A stretch of DNA of 64,000 bases from Treponemataceae bacterium (GTDB lineage Bacteria > Spirochaetota > Spirochaetia > Treponematales > Rectinemataceae). Where the stretch lies: contig CAXXHO010000003.1 in the NCBI GenBank assembly GCA_963667725.2, forward strand, positions 576,001 to 640,000, read 5' to 3'. This document shows positions 57,759-64,000 of the stretch, one piece after another. Both the position numbers and the translations under genes were made by a program. How positions within the stretch are numbered: position 1 is the first letter of the stretch; each line of letters starts with the position of its first letter. The notes under the pieces were generated by a model, which saw only the letters and a program-made list of their open reading frames with translations, was not told the DNA's origin and did not search any database.

Positions 57759-58214
57759 TTATTCCGCGTCCTTCGCCAGGTCTATTTCAGCGCCGTTGAT
57801 GTAGGCGCGCGTCGTTATCGCGCAGAACTGCCGGTACATGATGGAAACGCAGCAGTATTTTTCCTTGGAAAGATGGATTGCCTTGAGGACCTGGGATTCG
57901 TGGCCCTCCAGTCCCTCGCCTTCGAGGCGGTAGTTGAGTTCTATGGACCTGAATATGTGGGGATCGTCGGGGGCGACGTCGGCGCTGGAATCCAGCGAAA
58001 TCCTGGCGACGGACACCCTCATTTTCTTGAGCAGGGAAGCGACATCCATGCCCGTGCAGCCCATTAGCCCCACGAGGAGCATGTGGGTCGGCTTCGGTCC
58101 GTGATTCTGTCCGCCGTACGCTTCAGGGGCGTCGGTCGTGACGAAATGATCTCCCGCGCGAATGCGGTATTCCATCCCGCCCTGCCATTCGGCGCTCGCT
58201 TCCAGTTTTCCCAT
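57759..58214 (-). CDS. OsmC/YhfA family protein
   Basis: GP.P...LL.GL.GCTGMDV...LKKMR, LS.EKYC.V; GGAGGAG RBS. Confidence 0.9.
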   Translation of the reverse strand: MGKLEASAEWQGGMEYRIRAGDHFVTTDAPEAYGGQNHGPKPTHMLLVGLMGCTGMDVASLLKKMRVSVARISLDSSADVAPDDPHIFRSIELNYRLEGEGLEGHESQVLKAIHLSKEKYCCVSIMYRQFCAITTRAYINGAEIDLAKDAE

Positions 58215-58366
58215 GAGTCTCCTCCAAAACGCTATCAGAATGTCCATCGAGTCTTATATGAAAAAGGCATGATGTCAATGAATGCGCACTTGCTTTTATG
58301 CGAAGTTCTGTTATTATAATGGTGCCGGCGCTGAGCTTTGCCGCGATGCGCCTCACGAGGTATACA

Positions 58367-58411
58367 ATGAATATGTTTGCCGCTAGAGCCTTTCTTAGGT
58401 CTCGACCCTAA
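58367..58411 (+). CDS. Candidate leader peptide MNMFAARAFLRSRP
   Basis: GAGGT SD 5 nt before the ATG; lies downstream of a TG-TATTAT/TATAAT -10 in a long leader. Confidence 0.45.
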   Translation: MNMFAARAFLRSRP

Positions 58412-58587
58412 ATCCATGACAAGGGAGACGAGCGTCTCCATGATCATCGATTGCCGGGTTTCTTCTTTGGAATAAAATCTGGGAAGAAAACTCCTTTACT
58501 GAATTCGCGCCGCCTTAAAAGGCATACGCGAGGTTTTCGCGCGCCGTCGCGTTATGCGAGGCCGCGCAAAATTCATGGGCAAACATT

Positions 58588-60330
58588 ATGGAATTCGGAA
58601 AAAACTATAAAAAGAAACTGGCTTCCTATATAGGACGCTATAAAAGCTACGCTATTCCCGGCCTTCTCGTCATGATTGTCATTTCCCTGGGAAGAGTCGT
58701 TCAACCTCTCATCCTGAAGGAAATCATCGACAAGGCCGTCCCGACGGGCGACAGCGCGCTCCTATTGCGTTATGCGCTCGCCTATCTCGCCGTCATCGTC
58801 GTCGTCGGCGGCCTTACGTATTTTGGCAATATCCTCATCTCGAAGTTAGGGCTCTCGATCGTCACCCGCATAAAAGAAGACCTGTTCGCCCATCTTCTCA
58901 CGCTGCCGGTAGCTTACTTCGACGCCCATCCCGTCGGCGAACTGATGTCGCGCACGGAAAACGACACGGAAAAGGTGAGGGATCTCTTCTCCAGCCTGGG
59001 CGTCACCTTCATCGTCAACATTCTCATGATGGGAGGAATGTTCGCCGTCACCTACTCCATAGCGCCGACCCTCGCCCTCATCATGCTCGCCGTCGTCGCC
59101 GTGATCCTTGCCCTCATGCTCGTCTTTTTCAGCAAGATTCTCGGTTTCTACGACCAGTCGAGAAATCTCTACGCGAAGGTACTCGCCAAGGTGACGGAAT
59201 TCATCCAGGGTATGGAAATCGTCAAGGTCTTCGACCGGAAAGCCTGGGCCGCCGCGTCCCTCGACGAGACCGCAAGGCAGCAGCAGCGCGTCAACGTGAA
59301 GGTCGCCCTGTTCGAGATCTCGGTTTTCTCAGCCCTCGAATCCATCGTGGGCCCCCTCTTCATCGTCGCCCTGATCCTGCTCTACGCGCCGCGCGTCATA
59401 GCCGGCGGTATGAGTCTGGGCACCCTCCTTCTCTTCTTCGAATACGGGGCCTCGCTCCTGCGCCCCGTGCTGGAGATAGCCGAGAGCATCAGGCGGATGC
59501 AGCAGGCGAAAGTATCGCTCAACCGCATACTGACGATCATGTCGCTGCCGGAAGAGCCGGGACGCGGGAACGCTATCGAGGCGCGCCTGGACAGGGAAAT
59601 CCGCTTCGAAAGCCTGTGGTTTGCCTATAAGGACGAAGAGTGGATCCTGAAAGACGTGAGCTTTTCGATTCCCAAGGGTTCTCTCACTGCCATCGTGGGT
59701 TCTTCCGGTTCGGGAAAATCCACGACCGTGAGCCTCCTCTGCGGATTCTACAGGCCGCAGAAAGGGCGCATAACCATCGACGGCGCGGACCTCGACAGCC
59801 TCAATCTCGCGAGCTGGAGAAAAAAGACCGGGCTCGTGCTGCAGGATGTCTACCTCTTTCCCGGTTCGGTGCTCGAAAATGTCCGCGTCTACAATGACGA
59901 TATTCCCGGCGAGCGCGTTGAGAAGGCTCTTGAAAATGTGTACGCGACCGACATGGTCAGCGGGCTGCCCTCGGGACTCCAGACCAACCTCTGGGAGCGC
60001 GGCGGCAACCTCTCGTCAGGGGAAAAGCAGCTTCTGGCCTTCGCCAGGGCGCTGGCGGCCAACCCTGAACTCGTCATCCTCGACGAGGCGACGAGCAACA
60101 TAGACATGGATACGGAGGAAAAGATCCGCTTGAGCCTCGATGTCCTTCTCGCCGGAAGGACGGCGCTCATCATCGCCCACCGGCTTTCGTCCATACTCCA
60201 CGCGGATCAGATTCTCTATTTCAGCGAGGGCAGGATAGTCGCCCGCGGCACGCACGCCGAACTCTTCGAAACCCTGCCCGAATACAGGCGCCTCGTGGAA
60301 CAGCAGTTCCTCGGCAAGGAGGCGAAATGA
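58588..60330 (+). CDS. ABC exporter subunit (TMD+NBD), heterodimer half
   Basis: TM domain; GSSGSGKS, LSSGEKQ, LDEATS, IAHRLS. Confidence 0.93.
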   Translation: MEFGKNYKKKLASYIGRYKSYAIPGLLVMIVISLGRVVQPLILKEIIDKAVPTGDSALLLRYALAYLAVIVVVGGLTYFGNILISKLGLSIVTRIKEDLFAHLLTLPVAYFDAHPVGELMSRTENDTEKVRDLFSSLGVTFIVNILMMGGMFAVTYSIAPTLALIMLAVVAVILALMLVFFSKILGFYDQSRNLYAKVLAKVTEFIQGMEIVKVFDRKAWAAASLDETARQQQRVNVKVALFEISVFSALESIVGPLFIVALILLYAPRVIAGGMSLGTLLLFFEYGASLLRPVLEIAESIRRMQQAKVSLNRILTIMSLPEEPGRGNAIEARLDREIRFESLWFAYKDEEWILKDVSFSIPKGSLTAIVGSSGSGKSTTVSLLCGFYRPQKGRITIDGADLDSLNLASWRKKTGLVLQDVYLFPGSVLENVRVYNDDIPGERVEKALENVYATDMVSGLPSGLQTNLWERGGNLSSGEKQLLAFARALAANPELVILDEATSNIDMDTEEKIRLSLDVLLAGRTALIIAHRLSSILHADQILYFSEGRIVARGTHAELFETLPEYRRLVEQQFLGKEAK

Positions 60331-62096
60331 AAAAGCCCAGAAACATACACCTAGCCTGGATATGGCATATCTGGAAGGAAAAGAAAGGGCTCATAGCCCT
60401 CCTTCTCTTCCTCACCCTGCTTTCGAGCCTCGTGGCCGTGGCCTTTCCCCTGCTCACGAAAGAGCTTTTCGATATGCTCGAGGGAATACTCTCCGGCAAA
60501 GGCGATTATCCCGACCCGCTGGCGGCGCTCAGGAAGGCGGCTCTCTTCTTTACCGCTCTCGGCGTGGCGGGCTTCATCTCGGGATTCTTCCCGGGCATAC
60601 GAGGAGCGCTCAACGTTGTTTTCGACTACATCATCCGCAAAAAGTATTTCGCCGAGCTGACGGAAAAGGATTATCGGTTCTTCGCCGAATTCTCGTCGGG
60701 AGACCTCGTAACGCGACTCACCTCGGATATCAATGATTTTCCCAAGCTCTCCTGGTTCCTCTGCTCGGGAATATTCAGGGCGGTCGAGTCGGCGAGCAAG
60801 GTAGTATTCTGCGCCATCGCGATGGTCGCTCTCGACTGGCGCCTCGCGCTCTTTTCCATCGCGTCCCTGCCTTTCATGCTCTATATCTTCTCGCGCACGC
60901 AGGACAGGATATACGACAAGGTGAAGAAGAACGAAGAGTCCATATCGCGCATAAACGAACAGCTCGAGCTGAGCTTCTCGGGCGCGAGAATCATCAAGGC
61001 CTTCGCCAGCGAGGCGAAGTACGAACGATTCTTCTCGGAAGCCCTCGAGCGGCGCTACAAGACAGAGATGGACGTAATAAAGCTCGATACGATTCTCAAC
61101 CTCATCTATCAGAATATCGATTATGTGGCCCAGATAGCCCTCATCTTCGCGGGCGGCCTCATGGTGGTGAAGGGAGAGATAACCATAGGGACGTTCTACG
61201 CCTTCTACAATTACCTGAACCTCCTCATCTATCCGATCCTCGACATCCCCCAGCTCTTCATCTTCGGCAAGCGGGCTTTCGTCAACATAGACCGGCTGGA
61301 GGAAATAGGCAGATTCCCGCGCGCACCGGAGACGGTGTCGCCCATCGCCATTTCTCGCTTCGAGAAACTTGAAGTCGAGCTGGCTTCCTTCGGGTACAAA
61401 GGAAGGGAGAAGCGCGCGGTTTTAGAGGTTTCCTTCGAGCTCGCGCGCGGCGAACGCCTCCTCGTCATAGGCCCGGTGGGCTGCGGCAAGACCAGCCTCG
61501 TGAAGATGATAGCCGGCCTCCTGCCCGCGCAGGAAGGCGGCATAGCGGTTAACGGGATTCCCCTTTCCGGACTCTCAAAGAGCGATTGGGCGGCGCTCGT
61601 CGGCTATGTCCCCCAGGAAGCCTTGCTTTTTTCGGGAACCATCGAGGAGAACGTGGCCTTCGGCGTCAGGCAGACTCCGCCTATACTCTCCTCCGAACGA
61701 TTCTGGGAGCTTGCGGAAACGGCCCAGATAGACGAAGAGATCCGTTCCTTCCCTCTCAGGGAAGAAACGCCGCTGGGCCAGCGCGGCGTGAGCGTCTCGG
61801 GAGGGCAGAAGCAGCGCATCGCGATAGCGAGGGCGCTCGCCCGCGAGCCCGAACTCCTTCTTCTGGACGATATGACGGCGAGTCTCGACACGAAAAACGA
61901 GGAGAGGCTCTGGAAGGCACTCGACAGGAGGGGCACGACGATCATCGCCGTTTCCCACCGGCTTTCGAGCATACAGTACGCGGACAAGGTGCTCTTCCTC
62001 AAGGAAGGTTCAGTGGCCGGATTCGGCAGCCACGAAGAGCTGATGGAGACGAACGGCGAATACAGGGCCTTCGTCGCCTCACATATTAGCGGATAG
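60327..62096 (+). CDS. ABC exporter subunit (TMD+NBD), heterodimer half with degenerate Walker B
   Basis: GPVGCGKT, VSGGQKQR, LLDD, SHRLS; ATGA overlap. Confidence 0.93.
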   Translation: MKKPRNIHLAWIWHIWKEKKGLIALLLFLTLLSSLVAVAFPLLTKELFDMLEGILSGKGDYPDPLAALRKAALFFTALGVAGFISGFFPGIRGALNVVFDYIIRKKYFAELTEKDYRFFAEFSSGDLVTRLTSDINDFPKLSWFLCSGIFRAVESASKVVFCAIAMVALDWRLALFSIASLPFMLYIFSRTQDRIYDKVKKNEESISRINEQLELSFSGARIIKAFASEAKYERFFSEALERRYKTEMDVIKLDTILNLIYQNIDYVAQIALIFAGGLMVVKGEITIGTFYAFYNYLNLLIYPILDIPQLFIFGKRAFVNIDRLEEIGRFPRAPETVSPIAISRFEKLEVELASFGYKGREKRAVLEVSFELARGERLLVIGPVGCGKTSLVKMIAGLLPAQEGGIAVNGIPLSGLSKSDWAALVGYVPQEALLFSGTIEENVAFGVRQTPPILSSERFWELAETAQIDEEIRSFPLREETPLGQRGVSVSGGQKQRIAIARALAREPELLLLDDMTASLDTKNEERLWKALDRRGTTIIAVSHRLSSIQYADKVLFLKEGSVAGFGSHEELMETNGEYRAFVASHISG

Positions 62097-62137
62097 TTCC
62101 ATTGACGTCAGGAAACGCGTGGAGTAGGCTGGAACGC

Positions 62138-63211
62138 ATGAAAACAAATAACTTTAAAAAGGCCGCCAGAGCGGCCATCGCGGCGTTTCTATTCTTTGTC
62201 GTGACGGCATCGCCTTTCGCCCAGCAGCGTCTCGTTCTCGGGGGAAAAGCGGTGATCATGGTTGCCGATGCCGTATATCTTTTCCCCGACGCCGGCAGGC
62301 GCGTCATCGCCGTGGCCGGAGCCGACCAGGGGCTCGGCGCCTTCCTTTCCGCCATCGACACCGATTTTTCTAAAAAACCGGTCATCGACAAGACCGCGGG
62401 CGTGGAGGTGTACGCCTCGCTAAAGCCCGACACGGTGATACTCAAAACCGCCATGAAGAAGAGCCTTGGGCCTTCGCTCGACGCGCTGGGTATCAAGCAG
62501 ATTTACCTGAACCTGGAAACGCCCGAGGACTACGAGGCCGATATCGCGAGGCTGGGCGATTTCCTGGGCCAGAAGGCGAGGGCCGACGAGATCGTTTCCT
62601 TCTATAAGAATGCGCTGGCCGAGGTTTCGAAGCGCGTGGCCGCGGCTCCGGGAGCCTCTGCAGCTCCGGGCGCCCCCGCGGCTCAGGGGGCCGGCAAGGC
62701 CGCGAAACCGAGGGTTCTTCTCGTCCAGGCGGCCAACCCGACCGAGGGCGTGTGGGAAGTGCCTCCCGCTTCGTGGATGCAGACAAGGCTCGTGGAGCTT
62801 GCCGGGGGCATCCCTGTCTGGATAGGCGCCAATCCCGGCTCGGGCTGGGGTAAGGTGAATCCCGAACAGATAGCGGCCTGGAATCCAGACGTTGTGTTCG
62901 TCGTCAACTACAGGGCGAACGCGGCTGGTTCGGCCAAGATTTTCTCATCCGACGCGAGGCTTTCCCGCATCGCCGCGGTGAAAAACGGTGCCGTCCACGG
63001 TTTCGCCCAGGATTTCTACTCCTGGGACCAGCCCGATACGCGCTGGATCCTCGGCCTCGAATGGATGGCGGGGAAGCTCTATCCAGCCCAGTTCGCCGAC
63101 AGGCCCATCCTCGCCGAAGCGAGGGCGTTTTTCTCGACCATGTACGGCATGGACAACGCTACCTTCGACGCCACGGTGGCGCCGAAACTCGCCGGCGACT
63201 TGGCCAAGTGA
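62138..63211 (+). CDS. Iron-chelate/cobalamin-type ABC substrate-binding protein
   Basis: Signal peptide; E...SLKPD.VI, VNPEQIAAWNPDVVF, AVKNGAVH, SWDQP. Confidence 0.85.
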   Translation: MKTNNFKKAARAAIAAFLFFVVTASPFAQQRLVLGGKAVIMVADAVYLFPDAGRRVIAVAGADQGLGAFLSAIDTDFSKKPVIDKTAGVEVYASLKPDTVILKTAMKKSLGPSLDALGIKQIYLNLETPEDYEADIARLGDFLGQKARADEIVSFYKNALAEVSKRVAAAPGASAAPGAPAAQGAGKAAKPRVLLVQAANPTEGVWEVPPASWMQTRLVELAGGIPVWIGANPGSGWGKVNPEQIAAWNPDVVFVVNYRANAAGSAKIFSSDARLSRIAAVKNGAVHGFAQDFYSWDQPDTRWILGLEWMAGKLYPAQFADRPILAEARAFFSTMYGMDNATFDATVAPKLAGDLAK

Positions 63212-63231
63212 AACCGGGAAATCTTTAACCG

Positions 63232-64000
63232 ATGAAAAGCCTCCGGTCGGTCCGCTTCGCCTTCGCCGCCGTTTTCGCGGCGGCCCTTTTGCTCTACCTG
63301 TTCGCGGGGCGGTATCCCGGGCCGGGATTCATGAAACCGAGTCTGCTTTTCTCCGACGAGACGGCGAGGCGTATTTTCCTCTCCATCAGGCTGCCGCGCG
63401 CCCTGGGAGCCATTCTGCTAGGGGCCGTCCTGGGCGGGTCGGGGGCGGCTTTCCAGACGATCTTCGGCAATCCTCTCGTGGACGCTGGCTTTCTCGGCGT
63501 CTCCCAGGGCGCGGCTTTCGGGGCGGCCATGGCTCTCGTGGCCGGATCCTGGCAGCCACTCAAGACCCTTCTCTCCGGGTTCGCACTCAACGCCTTCGTT
63601 TCGCTCTCTTCTTTCGCCATGGCGCTCACTGCGCTCGGAGCGAGCCTTGCCCTCTCGAAACGCTTCAGATTCGGCGGACAGGTGCTGCGCCTTATACTGG
63701 CGGGCCTGGCCGTCTCCGCCTTCTTCTCTTCCCTCCTCGCGGCCGTGAAGTATGTCGCCGACCCTCTGTCCCAGCTGCCCGACATCGTTTTCTGGACGAT
63801 GGGCTCGCTTACCGCCATGGGCTGGCAGCGGTTCTGGACGATAGCGCCCGTCTCCATATTCTCTCTCGGGTTTCTTTACCTCATGCGCTGGCGGACGACG
63901 CTTCTGTCCCTCGACGACGAAGTGAGCCGCTCGATGGGTCTGAGGCCGGAGATCGAGCGGGCGGCCATCGCCATGGTCGCCGCCACGGGCGTCGCCGCGG
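63232..64000 (+). CDS. FecCD/BtuC family ABC permease; 3'-partial
   Basis: Read manually: IRLPRALGA, Q.IFGNPLV, LG.SQGA, FWTMGSL; open to the window end. Confidence 0.88.
   Translation, partial: MKSLRSVRFAFAAVFAAALLLYLFAGRYPGPGFMKPSLLFSDETARRIFLSIRLPRALGAILLGAVLGGSGAAFQTIFGNPLVDAGFLGVSQGAAFGAAMALVAGSWQPLKTLLSGFALNAFVSLSSFAMALTALGASLALSKRFRFGGQVLRLILAGLAVSAFFSSLLAAVKYVADPLSQLPDIVFWTMGSLTAMGWQRFWTIAPVSIFSLGFLYLMRWRTTLLSLDDEVSRSMGLRPEIERAAIAMVAATGVAA

Noticed and set aside
1..64000. CRISPR array, rRNA, tRNA, transposase or integrase genes
   Set aside because: No regularly spaced repeats, tRNA D/T-loop signatures or recombinase motifs were recognised by eye.
62138..64000. B12 importer dedicated to the cobalamin enzyme
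   Set aside because: No cobalamin riboswitch fits the short upstream gap, and the substrate cannot be assigned from sequence.

Overview
A 64 kb GC-rich bacterial chromosomal window, most likely from an anaerobic spirochaete (inferred from gene content and attC sequence style, not proven). About 65 CDSs. Housekeeping and metabolic blocks: eda, a buk-ptb-2-oxoacid:ferredoxin oxidoreductase operon, mtgA, a TRAP/HpcH sugar-acid operon, a JAB-DinG/manA/yaiI operon, xth, kbl, argGH, carAB and ABC transporters. A visibly AT-richer accessory region (~19.9-30.1 kb) holds an uncharacterised amino-acid ABC/DUF3830/GATase1-like module and an integrase-less integron cassette array: one canonical attC, one decayed attC, and cassettes for an OLD-like ABC-ATPase/TOPRIM protein and a small NDT-fold protein. 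Strongest novelty candidates: (1) an operon of ATP-grasp ligase, cobalamin-binding mutase-like enzyme, opine dehydrogenase and a membrane protein, next to an Asp/Glu racemase and symporter; (2) the attC array lodged behind yaiI; (3) cis-regulatory leaders, namely an Arg-rich uORF before argG, a switch-like structured leader before carA, and a +X+ uORF before an ABC exporter pair. No rRNA, tRNA, CRISPR array, transposase or integrase was recognised. All calls come from reading the sequence; no database searches were run.
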